Part shown: piece by piece, positions 1 to 8,622 of the stretch
Layout of the letters: each line of letters begins with the position of its first letter
Numbering within the stretch: the first letter of the stretch is position 1
Source of the DNA: Citrobacter phage phiNP
Strand: one strand, 5' to 3'
Length of the DNA stretch: 44,932 bases
Sequence record: OR565852
Notes under the pieces: generated by a model
What the model was told of the DNA's origin: nothing
The model's database searches: none
What the model saw: only the letters and a program-made list of their open reading frames with translations
Position numbers and translations under genes: made by a program

Positions 1-25
1 GGTTCAACTCCCGCCAGCTCCACCA
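1..25 (+). ncRNA. ssrA: 3'-terminal 25 nt of the tmRNA gene (T-loop, 3' T-stem, acceptor strand, CCA); attL core
   Basis: GGTTCAACTCCCGCCAGCTCCACCA matches the E. coli ssrA 3' end as I remember it. The rest of the gene would lie upstream of the window. Confidence 0.85.
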
Positions 26-154
26 CTTTAGACAGGACAGTGCAAGGACAGCACCAGTAAAAACAGGAAGTTAGCAGTCCCGGCAGGACACCGACCAGAC
101 GGTAGCGGGACAAAAAAGGATACGTAAAGGAGCCGCGGCTCCAAAACAATCAAG

Positions 155-180
155 CCAGCCTCTCAGGGGCTGGTTTTTTT
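155..180 (+). terminator. Intrinsic terminator about 130 nt downstream of the ssrA CCA end, supplied by phage DNA
   Basis: Stem CCAGCC (155-160) / GGCTGG (168-173), followed by a T7 run (174-180). Confidence 0.6.
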
Positions 181-230
181 GTGCCATAAATTTGCACAAA
201 AATTCTTACCTGATCGACACAGCTTACAAC

Positions 231-278
231 TTGACACTGTATGTATGACCAGTTAAATATAACTGTATATTCAACCAG
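231..278 (+). promoter_or_regulatory. SOS-type promoter of dinI with two LexA boxes
   Basis: -35 TTGACA (231-236), 17-nt spacer, -10 TAAATA (254-259). Two CTG-N10-CAG boxes: CTGTATGTATGACCAG (237-252) and CTGTATATTCAACCAG (263-278). Confidence 0.6.
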
Positions 279-294
279 TAAAGGAGATGCTAAA

Positions 295-540
295 ATGCGT
301 GTCGAAATCAGTATTGCCAAAGAAAAATACGGAAAGTTACCGAAAACCGCGCCTTCCGCACTTCAGGAAGAAATGACAAAGCGCCTGGGTAAACAATACC
401 AGGATATTGAAGTCATCGTAAAACCAGCTGGAAGCGACGGTCTATCGGTCTTCCGTGCAGTGGATAAAGATGAAACCAAGAAGAACGTGGAAAAAATGCT
501 GCAAGAGGTCTGGGAGTCGGCTGATGACTGGTTCTTCTGA
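295..540 (+). CDS. dinI: DinI-family DNA-damage-inducible protein
   Basis: MRVEISIAK... ending in ...VWESADDWFF, the characteristic DinI C-terminus. RBS AAGGAG lies upstream of ATG 295. The ATG at 241 given in the track lies inside the LexA box. Confidence 0.85.
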   Translation: MRVEISIAKEKYGKLPKTAPSALQEEMTKRLGKQYQDIEVIVKPAGSDGLSVFRAVDKDETKKNVEKMLQEVWESADDWFF

Positions 541-581
541 CATAGAATAGCCACACTATAACTCCAATAACCCCAAAAAAC

Positions 582-610
582 TTGACCCCGCCCCTCAATT
601 GGGTTACTAT
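582..610 (+). promoter_or_regulatory. Candidate sigma70 promoter of hicAB
   Basis: TTGACC (582-587), 17-nt spacer, TACTAT (605-610). Confidence 0.35.
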
Positions 611-642
611 AACCCCATCAAAACAATACAGAGAGCCGGAGG

Positions 643-822
643 ATGGATAGCAGGAATGCGATAGCAATGATTGAAGCTGACGGGTGGTATCTGGTGAGAG
701 TAAAAGGTAGTCATCACCAGTTTAAGCACCCAACCAAGAAAGGGCTGGTAACGGTGAAACATCCACAGAAAGATATACCGCTACCAACACTCAAAAGCAT
801 CAAGAAACAGGCGGGGCTCTAA
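643..822 (+). CDS. hicA: HicA-family mRNA interferase toxin (59 aa; below the 60-aa cut-off of the ORF track)
   Basis: Hand translation: MDSRNAIAMIEADGWYLVRVKGSHHQFKHPTKKGLVTVKHPQKDIPLPTLKSIKKQAGL*. Contains the G-W...KGSHH..F.HP HicA signature and lies directly upstream of hicB. Confidence 0.85.
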   Translation: MDSRNAIAMIEADGWYLVRVKGSHHQFKHPTKKGLVTVKHPQKDIPLPTLKSIKKQAGL

Positions 823-845
823 GCCCCTGCCTCCTGGAGGTTCAA

Positions 846-1256
846 ATGTTATATCCCGTTGCTATTGATAAAGGCGATTCATCCTTCGGCGTTCGCGTAC
901 CTGATATTCCAGGCTGCTTCTCTGGCGGCGACAACTATCAGGATGCGATAGAGAGCGTGCGTGAGGCTATCGACGCACATATCGAATTACTGGTGGAAGA
1001 TGGTGAAGCGGTGCCGGAAGCTACCAGCGTGGAAAACTGGCTCGCAGATCCCGATTATACAGGCGTAGTATGGGCACTGGTGGATGTAGACGTTACCCGG
1101 TTAATGGGGAAAGCAGAAAAAATCAACGTAACGCTTCCCTCTTTGCTGATCCGTCGTATCGATCAATTTGTTGCCGCTCATCCCGAATATGGTAGCCGCT
1201 CAGGCTTCCTGTCACGTGTGGCTGCTGATAAAGTGATCGGACGGGAAAAACGTTAA
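846..1256 (+). CDS. hicB: HicB-family antitoxin
   Basis: N-terminal MLYPVAIDKGDSSFGVRVPDIPGCFSGGDNYQDAIESVREAI (HicB fold) with a C-terminal RHH-like DNA-binding tail. RBS GGAGG present. Confidence 0.85.
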   Translation: MLYPVAIDKGDSSFGVRVPDIPGCFSGGDNYQDAIESVREAIDAHIELLVEDGEAVPEATSVENWLADPDYTGVVWALVDVDVTRLMGKAEKINVTLPSLLIRRIDQFVAAHPEYGSRSGFLSRVAADKVIGREKR

Positions 1257-1280
1257 GCCTCGTTAGAGGCTTTAGGTGAA

Positions 1281-1835
1281 ATGATGCGCAAAAAAGAATT
1301 AGCTTTTCTTAAAGAGTGTTTAAGAGTAGAAGTTATCGGAAATAAGGATAAGAAATTCTCATGGGCTCGCACCATCAGACATGCCTGGCGTCAACCTAAA
1401 CGTAGATTTCTTTTCTGGTGGCGCATTGCATCTTATCTATATGGTTCAAATAACAAACAACTAAAAAAAATAGGGAAAAGAATAAATAGAAAATTATTTT
1501 TTAAATATAACACAGACATTGAACTAGGTGTTTCAATTGCCCCCGGATTATATATTGGACATTATAGCGGGATTGTTATCACAAGATATGCGACGATAGG
1601 CAAAAACTTCAACATAAGACAAAACACCACTATTGGATTAAAAAACAATAACACTAATAAAATCACAATTGGTGATAATGTTAATGTTGGAGCAAACTCC
1701 TGCATTATATCAGAAAACATTGTAATTGGTGACAACGTAAAAATAGGAGCTTTTACATTCGTTAATAAAACGATACCCTCAAACTCTATTTATTACACAA
1801 AAAAAGAAAACATCTGTAAAGAATGGGAGGTTTAA
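1281..1835 (+). CDS. Hexapeptide-repeat (LbH) O-acetyltransferase, CysE/WcaB-like; probable lysogenic-conversion gene
   Basis: Repeated [LIV]-G-x4 hexapeptides (IGKNFNIRQNTTIGL..ITIGDNVNVGANSCIISENIVIGDNVKIGA). Strongly AT-rich relative to its neighbours. Confidence 0.7.
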   Translation: MMRKKELAFLKECLRVEVIGNKDKKFSWARTIRHAWRQPKRRFLFWWRIASYLYGSNNKQLKKIGKRINRKLFFKYNTDIELGVSIAPGLYIGHYSGIVITRYATIGKNFNIRQNTTIGLKNNNTNKITIGDNVNVGANSCIISENIVIGDNVKIGAFTFVNKTIPSNSIYYTKKENICKEWEV

Positions 1836-1850
1836 CCTCCCTTCCTTTTA
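1825..1850. terminator. Bidirectional terminator between the convergent acetyltransferase and tfa genes
   Basis: GGGAGG (1825-1830) / CCTCCC (1836-1841) hairpin followed by a T-rich run. Confidence 0.55.
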
Positions 1851-2429
1851 TTACTCTACTAGCTCTGGCCATTGAATGTTGGGCACATCAGTTGGTTGCA
1901 CGCGACTGAGCAATATTCGATATTTTTTCCACTCTTTCAGGCGTATCTTCTCATCATCTGTAGCCATATCTAAATCAACAGCGTCCTGTAAGGTGGCAAT
2001 GATTTCACCAGCCTGTTGGAGCTGTTCTTTCTTCTGCGATTCAGCTTCTCTGATAAATGCCTCACGCTCTGCATCGACATCATCTATCCATGCTTCTCCA
2101 TTCCACTTCTGATAGTTCCTGTCTGGTGAAATAGTTGTCACATTTGGCGGTAATGCACCAAGGGACGAAATATAAATTGGCATACCTGTTTCAGTTTCAT
2201 ACACAGTAATCCCACGATGATCTTCAACCAAAAGCCATGTATTTTCATCAATATCAAAAATGGCCGCATATCCAGCAGGAATTTCTGGTGGCGCAATATT
2301 GGTACAATTTGCAGGTAATCCTGTATATGGTGGTATATATGTATCACTCTCACCAATAAATTCATTAGTACCATCTAGTAAGTTAAACACATTAATTGTT
2401 TGTGCTTCTGCAATCATTTTAAAAGTCAT
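1851..2429 (-). CDS. Tail fibre assembly protein (Tfa/Mu gp50-like)
   Basis: Typical Tfa sequence (YIPPYTGLPANCT...YQKWNGEAW). Its start overlaps the stop of the tail fibre gene. Confidence 0.85.
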   Translation of the reverse strand: MTFKMIAEAQTINVFNLLDGTNEFIGESDTYIPPYTGLPANCTNIAPPEIPAGYAAIFDIDENTWLLVEDHRGITVYETETGMPIYISSLGALPPNVTTISPDRNYQKWNGEAWIDDVDAEREAFIREAESQKKEQLQQAGEIIATLQDAVDLDMATDDEKIRLKEWKKYRILLSRVQPTDVPNIQWPELVE

Positions 2430-3277
2430 TATGCAAGCCTCACGATGTAATTATATGCAATGTTTTTTACAGTATTTTCTGCATTACCAGAAGCATTTAC
2501 CGTAATGGTATGCCCATGCGAACCGATTGCGATTGTATGAGAATGAGCACCAATACCGACAGTATGGTTGTGTGCACCAATGCCTACGGTATGGGCATGG
2601 TTACCTGCTGAACTGGTCTGAACAGTATTTCGAAGACCATCAGAATCCCAATCACCTCTGGTACCTGATGGCTGTGCACCTGTCGTATAACCGTGGGTAT
2701 GTTCGCCAGTTGTGTTGGTAGTTTTAGTACCGTAATCAAATGTACTGGTCGTTTTAGTCCCATAATCAAACGAACTGGTTGTTTTCGTGCCTAAATCCGT
2801 ATTTGAGGCGCTGGCACTATGGGTATGCGACTTGATGCCATCCTGCTCCTGAGACAGAACTACTCGCCCACTGGCAGGTTTCCCCTTTATTGTCCATCCA
2901 CGCATATCAGGGATAACACCTCCAGGATACGCAATTGCCAGTTTGGGGTATTTCGCTTTATCAAACGTCTGGCCCTGCATCAGCGCATACCCGTCCGGTA
3001 CCGTATCCGACGGCCAGGGAATGGGAGAGCCAACCGGGACACCAGAAGCATCATCTGTGGCCTTTTTAATAAGGCCCTGAATGGCAGTGATAACCTGTGC
3101 ATCATTCGTCGGATCCGGCTCAATACCCGCCCCCGACAGAACAGCGATTAATTCGCGCTGCACGGTGGTAAACCACCCACCCATCAGTTCAGTGGGCTGG
3201 ACATTCCCGGCCACATTACCATCAGTAAACTCACCGTTACCGTCTGCGGTATCAGTGAGATCTCCAATTTTTTGCAT
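2429..3277 (-). CDS. Tail fibre protein (short, 282 aa)
   Basis: Position after the baseplate genes. Conserved fibre N-terminus, a triple DYGTKTT repeat and a C-terminal HxH repeat tract. Confidence 0.8.
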   Translation of the reverse strand: MQKIGDLTDTADGNGEFTDGNVAGNVQPTELMGGWFTTVQRELIAVLSGAGIEPDPTNDAQVITAIQGLIKKATDDASGVPVGSPIPWPSDTVPDGYALMQGQTFDKAKYPKLAIAYPGGVIPDMRGWTIKGKPASGRVVLSQEQDGIKSHTHSASASNTDLGTKTTSSFDYGTKTTSTFDYGTKTTNTTGEHTHGYTTGAQPSGTRGDWDSDGLRNTVQTSSAGNHAHTVGIGAHNHTVGIGAHSHTIAIGSHGHTITVNASGNAENTVKNIAYNYIVRLA

Positions 3278-3330
3278 GCGTTATCCTCACAGTTACGTGA
3301 TTATGAAAAATAATTCAGGGGGTCAGAGAA

Positions 3331-3936
3331 TCAGGAGGCAGCGGGGATATAGTTAATTCGCAGAATCAGGCCAGGATCGACCAGGCGCTGCAGCATACAT
3401 TCCAGCGTTTTGTTACCCCATGACCTGAGTGGGTCACCACATCGTGCCTGCCCGCACTTTGCCCGAAATATGGTGGTTTCAGGGACGTTGACCTGCAGCA
3501 CAAACGGCCAGTCGTCACCATTCAGGGCATCGCCGCACGCAGAAAGCCCGCAGCGCGCCCGGCGATATTCAGTCACAGTAATGGTATAACCCGCCGCGGC
3601 CAGCGTCTGGATCAGCCCGTCAATACTCAGATTGCCACTGCTGGTTAGCCTGGCCACTACCGCCTCACGGCGCCGGGAAATGGTGATCATCTCGGAGATA
3701 GAGCAGTTATCCGGTAGCCCCAGCGTTTCTTCCCATTCCGTCAGCAGGGTGCCCGCCGTCGCGGGAAAGGCGTTTCGCAGCAGGGAAACCGCCGCCGTAT
3801 CGTTGGCCGCGAACGATCTGGCTATTGCCCTGAGTACGCGTCCCATCACCGTCTGGCGGTCATGTTGCCAGGCCTTTCCGGGTGGCAGTAGTTTTCCCAG
3901 CGCTGCGGCATAGTCATCTGTGCTGTACCGGCTCAT
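3331..3936 (-). CDS. Mu gp48-like / YmfQ (DUF2313) baseplate-tail protein
   Basis: N-terminal DYAAALGKLLPPGKAW motif; follows the J-like gene. Confidence 0.7.
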   Translation of the reverse strand: MSRYSTDDYAAALGKLLPPGKAWQHDRQTVMGRVLRAIARSFAANDTAAVSLLRNAFPATAGTLLTEWEETLGLPDNCSISEMITISRRREAVVARLTSSGNLSIDGLIQTLAAAGYTITVTEYRRARCGLSACGDALNGDDWPFVLQVNVPETTIFRAKCGQARCGDPLRSWGNKTLECMLQRLVDPGLILRINYIPAAS

Positions 3937-5090
3937 GTCGTGGTACCCGAAAATGTGATATCACCGCGGACGGGGAGTTCACCCGCGCCCAGCTGGATAA
4001 AGGTTCCGGAGGGGCTGTTAATCACAAAGCCCCGGGTTCCATCGATCGCACCGATGGCCAGCGTTAAATCGGACATAAAAATTTTTCCGCCAGGCTCGCC
4101 ATTGTCAAAGAAGACCTCATCAATAGCGCTTTCAATCGCTGCAACCGTGGCCGCGTCAGCATCCGGAATGCCGCCAATATCAAAATTAATCACCTTTTTA
4201 ATCGGAGAACAGACCCAGATAACAGTAGTGGCCGGGCGGCGTGGAAAAATGTAATCAGCGACCCGCAACTGGTCACCAGTAGCCTTGCCATACGGGTATT
4301 GTTCCTTTGTCGCTACCCCGTCAGTACCAACAGGAAACCCGTTGTTTGAACGATCGGCGCCATCACACATGATATAGACACCAACACTGTTAGCCCCCAT
4401 CAGTCGCGGCGCCACCCAGGCACGGGTAATGCCTGCCACCTCCAGCGCCCAACGTCTGTAATCGTCCGCGTTCCCGCCCTGTGATTCGCTCTGATACGCC
4501 AGCAATCCTCGCTGTCGGAAAGCTTCCCCATCTTCAATATCGGCCCCGCCGGTGGCGGCCTCCAGCAGTATCAGCGCGCTTTCAACGCCCGCAATGTTGG
4601 TATCCAGCGTCAGACGGGTGCCGCTGTCAGCATTTCCTGCCGATCCGCCTCCGCTCACATCCTCCGTAATATCAGAGAGCACCGCTGTGACCGGCACCGT
4701 ACCGGTACCATCAGTACCGATTTTCAGCCCGGCATCGGTGGTGTACTGGTATCCGTCAGAACGATTCAGGATGGAGCCCGCCGGAATAATCGCCCCGGGG
4801 GTACCGGTTGCCTGACAGGCTGGCGAACGGGCTGCGCTGGCCGCCTTGCGGAATACCTTCTTCAACGCCATCCACTGCGCCAGATACTCCCCCGTTGCGG
4901 TAAAGGGAATGGACTGCTTCGCGATGTAGTCCAGATAGGCATAATGCAGATGGGACATTCCGGCATCCATATCCGCCAGAACACGCAGGTTCGAAAATCG
5001 CAACAACGCACCGACGCTTTTCAGCTCGGTTTGCAGGAACTGCCGGTTTCGCTGACGCAGTTCACTCAGGGTGTCTCGTTTAAACGGCAT
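3933..5090 (-). CDS. Baseplate J-like protein (Mu gp47 family)
   Basis: Size, position and sequence character of baseplate wedge J proteins; ATGA-type coupling with both neighbours. Confidence 0.8.
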   Translation of the reverse strand: MPFKRDTLSELRQRNRQFLQTELKSVGALLRFSNLRVLADMDAGMSHLHYAYLDYIAKQSIPFTATGEYLAQWMALKKVFRKAASAARSPACQATGTPGAIIPAGSILNRSDGYQYTTDAGLKIGTDGTGTVPVTAVLSDITEDVSGGGSAGNADSGTRLTLDTNIAGVESALILLEAATGGADIEDGEAFRQRGLLAYQSESQGGNADDYRRWALEVAGITRAWVAPRLMGANSVGVYIMCDGADRSNNGFPVGTDGVATKEQYPYGKATGDQLRVADYIFPRRPATTVIWVCSPIKKVINFDIGGIPDADAATVAAIESAIDEVFFDNGEPGGKIFMSDLTLAIGAIDGTRGFVINSPSGTFIQLGAGELPVRGDITFSGTTT

Positions 5091-5532
5091 TCTTTAACTG
5101 CTCCCATACCCAGTAAAATTTGATTTCCTGCTGGCCGTCACCGTCCGGCGAACTCAGGCGAACAATCAGGTTAAGGCGCGCCGGCCATATGATTTGCGCC
5201 TCCACCTGAATATCCCCCACCACACCATCAGATTTCAGCCAGGCCAGTGCCTCCAGCGCGTATTCCTCCGCCCTGACAGCAACACGGGTCGTTAATTTTT
5301 CGCGGCGCAGCAGCCACAGGCGGGAGCCCATCGCCTGAGCCTCTCCGGAATCTCCCCACCATCCCCGGCGGTCAGTGCCTTCATAGTCATCGTCGGCACG
5401 CGCCAGGCGGTCAGTGAACAGGCTGATAATCACCGCTGTCTGGAGGTCATTACCCGACGCCAGTGCGCCAGCGGTGATCCCCCAGTCAGCGTGCATGGCG
5501 TCAGCGTCCCAGAATGATGAAACGTCACTCAT
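5080..5532 (-). CDS. GP46-like baseplate protein (Mu gp46 family)
   Basis: Lies between the V-like and J-like genes; LQTAVIISLFTD motif. Confidence 0.65.
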   Translation of the reverse strand: MSDVSSFWDADAMHADWGITAGALASGNDLQTAVIISLFTDRLARADDDYEGTDRRGWWGDSGEAQAMGSRLWLLRREKLTTRVAVRAEEYALEALAWLKSDGVVGDIQVEAQIIWPARLNLIVRLSSPDGDGQQEIKFYWVWEQLKNAV

Positions 5533-6113
5533 GTCACCTGCCCCGCGGTTTTCTCACTGGTAATACTGCTGCTGCCACCAGCGACGCCTTTCGTCACATG
5601 GTTGTGACCGTTATATGCGTCGCGTAACTCTTTCAGCGTGCGCGGGTTGCTCTCGCAGTTATCGACAACATCCCCGGTAACCAGCAGCTTCGGCGTGATC
5701 AGCTTTACCTGCTCTGTCGCTGTGACCGTCAGGTTTCTGGCGTTATTCACCGTCACATCCTGTCCGTTCGCCTCAACAGTGATCCCTTTCTCCGTCATCA
5801 GGATATAAAGCCCCCACTGGTTATAAAGGACCGTTTCTCCCGGGTTCAGCCCGGTATGTCGGTGCCCCTGATGGTTGGAGCCAATGATCACCGGGCTGGA
5901 GCGATCGCCCCCCAGGAAAGCCAGTACCACATCAGAGCCCGCAGGCAGCGCGGAAGAAAAGCCAAACTCCGTTATCCGGCGGGCCGTAGCCACCTCCAGC
6001 GGTGTCTGGTACTGCACGCTCTGAACTGTGCCGCCGTCGTTCTGACCCGTCACACGACCAATACCCAACATCCCGGCGACGCGGGTCGCCAGGTGTCTGA
6101 AAAGTTGATTCAT
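5529..6113 (-). CDS. Baseplate assembly protein V / central spike (Mu gp45-like)
   Basis: Gene order and an OB-fold-spike-like sequence. Confidence 0.75.
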   Translation of the reverse strand: MNQLFRHLATRVAGMLGIGRVTGQNDGGTVQSVQYQTPLEVATARRITEFGFSSALPAGSDVVLAFLGGDRSSPVIIGSNHQGHRHTGLNPGETVLYNQWGLYILMTEKGITVEANGQDVTVNNARNLTVTATEQVKLITPKLLVTGDVVDNCESNPRTLKELRDAYNGHNHVTKGVAGGSSSITSEKTAGQVT

Positions 6114-7189
6114 GGATTAAGCCCCGGTATCTGTTGGTAGAAAGCGTAAGGCTGGACGGTAAACGCCTCCGGTGGCATCAGGGACAGCCTGGCGTGCGTT
6201 CCGCCTGAATCCCTGATAAACGTCACCTCGGACAGCAACATTTCCCGATCGGTGACTTTCAGCGCCGGAATATTGACCGGGATCAGCGTATTGGGCTCCC
6301 ACAATTTCCCGGACTTATCCCGCCAGCTGTCAATCGTCACATCCAGTTGCCGGGAACGGCCGTAACGCCGGTTCATCTCCCAGTCGATACACTGCTGCGC
6401 CTGCTGTGACGCCATCAGCGTGCTCTCAACAATCACAATGCGTTTCCGGTAGCGCATTCTGGCCGCCTCCGGATCGCGTGCGGTCGCCAGGGTCACCGAA
6501 TCGTAGGCAGTATCCGGCGCCAGCCCGCTAACCGGGGACAGGCTCATGGATACCCCGACATAATCAGAAAACCGCTCAGCCATTGAGGTTCGGAAATATG
6601 CCTGCTCGATGTTTTCCCCCTGGGCGACACCACTGGCCGCCTTCCGGGTTCCCACCCTGGTCAGCAGCAGATTGCCGTCAGGCTGGTCGTAATACAGCAG
6701 CGCAGACCAGCGGCTGACACGTTCGATGATCTCCTGCGGGGATTCACCCCAGTTGAGTGTGAACTGGGGAACAGCAACCAGATCACTGACATCTGACGAT
6801 ACGGATATGCCGTAATACGAGGCCAGACGTGAAGCGATATCCAGCGCGTTGCCACCGTTAATCACGTTATTCGGCCACTCGGCGGAGCAGTCCACCAGGT
6901 CCTGGCACTTTCCGCGCCCCGTTGCTCTGACTTCATGGCGACTCCGGCTTATCGACGGCTCCCAGTCATCGACATAGCCGGTGATCACCAGGTCGTTACC
7001 GATCCGGATTTCGCAGGACTCCCCCTCCCTGACCAGCTGTTCATCCTGGCTACCGGGGAAATAGTCCATCAGCCCTAGGTCAAAATCAGACGGGAAACGC
7101 TCGATTGCCCGGGTGACCCGCACGGAATCCCAGCCCTCTATTCTTCTGCCTCCCACGGTGAGGGAAACGAGATCGCGGGTTTCAGTCAT
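6110..7189 (-). CDS. Baseplate hub / late control D-like protein (Mu gp44)
   Basis: Gene order; 359 aa, typical for gpD/P family members. Confidence 0.75.
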   Translation of the reverse strand: MTETRDLVSLTVGGRRIEGWDSVRVTRAIERFPSDFDLGLMDYFPGSQDEQLVREGESCEIRIGNDLVITGYVDDWEPSISRSRHEVRATGRGKCQDLVDCSAEWPNNVINGGNALDIASRLASYYGISVSSDVSDLVAVPQFTLNWGESPQEIIERVSRWSALLYYDQPDGNLLLTRVGTRKAASGVAQGENIEQAYFRTSMAERFSDYVGVSMSLSPVSGLAPDTAYDSVTLATARDPEAARMRYRKRIVIVESTLMASQQAQQCIDWEMNRRYGRSRQLDVTIDSWRDKSGKLWEPNTLIPVNIPALKVTDREMLLSEVTFIRDSGGTHARLSLMPPEAFTVQPYAFYQQIPGLNP

Positions 7190-8589
7190 TGCCGTAACAC
7201 CTTCATTTTCACAGGCATAAATGCCGGGTGGGGAACATCCGCTTCCTGCACCAGTTCATCAGCGCGCCCGGCATCCTGATACAACCGGTTTGCCAGCGTC
7301 AGCGCCGGAAGTGGCCGCGCGGTGCTGATCTCCATCAGCTCGCTCAGGTTCGGAGAAATATCGCTCATCCTGTCGATAAATGAGGATCGAAGACTGAGCA
7401 GCGCCCTGTAGAGATCATCATCGCCGCGGTCGCCCACCACCACCAGCGCTACATCCAGCTGATCGGATACCCGCTGCGTCAGTCCTTCGGCTTCGTCACG
7501 GCTGGTCGGATTGGACTCCGCCGCCGCCGCAGTCATCGCCCCGGAGCACAGCACAATGATCAGGGTGTTGACAGAGGCCGCGATTTTTCGCGTGGCCTCT
7601 GACTGCTGGTATTCGGTACTGGTGGCACCGGCCAGAGACTCCAGCAGCGTAACGCGCTCATCAATACCGCCGACGCTGTTCAGTATCAGGTTCACCAGAT
7701 CCGCCGTCAGCTGCATGATATCTTCGGGCGCCGTGGCGCTGTTGAGCCGTTCGACAGCATCTGAAATATTCTGGCGATCCATGACCGCCTGAGCCGTTAC
7801 CTGTTCGACCAGCGCCTGATAATCATCAGTGTCATCGGCCTGGTGAGTACCCGTTGCCCCGGAAGAACTCCCACCTGCCGTCCCTTTGTTGTAGCGTCCA
7901 TAGCGGGTATTCCCGAACGTGGAATTCAGGACGTTACTGACACTGGTCGCTTCGCTGATCGTGCTGTCTACCATCCGGGTCCAGAAGGCGACCGTTCCCC
8001 TGATGGTGTTGATCCCCTGAGTCACCCCCCGGAGTTCACTTTTGATCCGCGCCAGAACGCTGGAAACGGTGGTGGTAACCAGTTTCAGATAATTTGTCAC
8101 GACGTTCACACCGGCGACCTTGCTGCCGGTAATGGCGAACACCTTCAGACCTGATTCAATGGCTGTCAGGGTAAATTCGAACACCCGCCCGGCCTCCGCC
8201 GTTCCGGCAATTCTCAGGCCACCATCCGGAATGGCAACCGTCATTTCCCCCAGCGTCGGGTGTACCAGTGTCCCCGGCCCCTTTTCCTCACAGGCATTAA
8301 TCAGCGCCTGGCGCTGGGTAACGGCATCACCGCCACCGTAAACCTGGCTGTCCTCGACCAGAAAGCCCCTGATGGTTATCCGGCGAACACCCCGCCCCAG
8401 ATCTTCAATCCAGGCGGTATCCCGGTACGGGTATTCATGGACAGCCTGGCGACGTCCATGGACCCCTTCTTCAATCACGACGGCAAAAGGAACGCCCCGG
8501 AAGCTGGACGGCCGTAGCTTATCCTGCCAGCGCTCACCGCCTGTGCCGCCCATCAGAGCGGATATTGCATTCTGGATAATTGCCATCAT
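7186..8589 (-). CDS. DNA circulation protein (Mu gp43-like)
   Basis: N-terminal WQDKLRPSSFRGVPFAV...HEYPYRD motif typical of the DNA-circulation N-terminal domain. Confidence 0.75.
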   Translation of the reverse strand: MMAIIQNAISALMGGTGGERWQDKLRPSSFRGVPFAVVIEEGVHGRRQAVHEYPYRDTAWIEDLGRGVRRITIRGFLVEDSQVYGGGDAVTQRQALINACEEKGPGTLVHPTLGEMTVAIPDGGLRIAGTAEAGRVFEFTLTAIESGLKVFAITGSKVAGVNVVTNYLKLVTTTVSSVLARIKSELRGVTQGINTIRGTVAFWTRMVDSTISEATSVSNVLNSTFGNTRYGRYNKGTAGGSSSGATGTHQADDTDDYQALVEQVTAQAVMDRQNISDAVERLNSATAPEDIMQLTADLVNLILNSVGGIDERVTLLESLAGATSTEYQQSEATRKIAASVNTLIIVLCSGAMTAAAAESNPTSRDEAEGLTQRVSDQLDVALVVVGDRGDDDLYRALLSLRSSFIDRMSDISPNLSELMEISTARPLPALTLANRLYQDAGRADELVQEADVPHPAFMPVKMKVLRQ

Positions 8590-8622
8590 TACCCCATAAG
8601 TAAAAACCCGCCGGCTGGCGGG

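Noticed and set aside
241-294. N-terminal extension of the dinI ORF (track start at 241)
   Set aside because: The ATG at 241 lies inside the first LexA box and promoter. ATG 295 has an AAGGAG RBS and gives a DinI-length protein.
1463-1470. A8 homopolymer (and A7 at 1799-1805) in the acetyltransferase as a phase-variation switch
   Set aside because: The tracts are short for slipped-strand switching and are expected by chance in DNA this AT-rich. The gene is in frame here. Mentioned only as a low-priority check.
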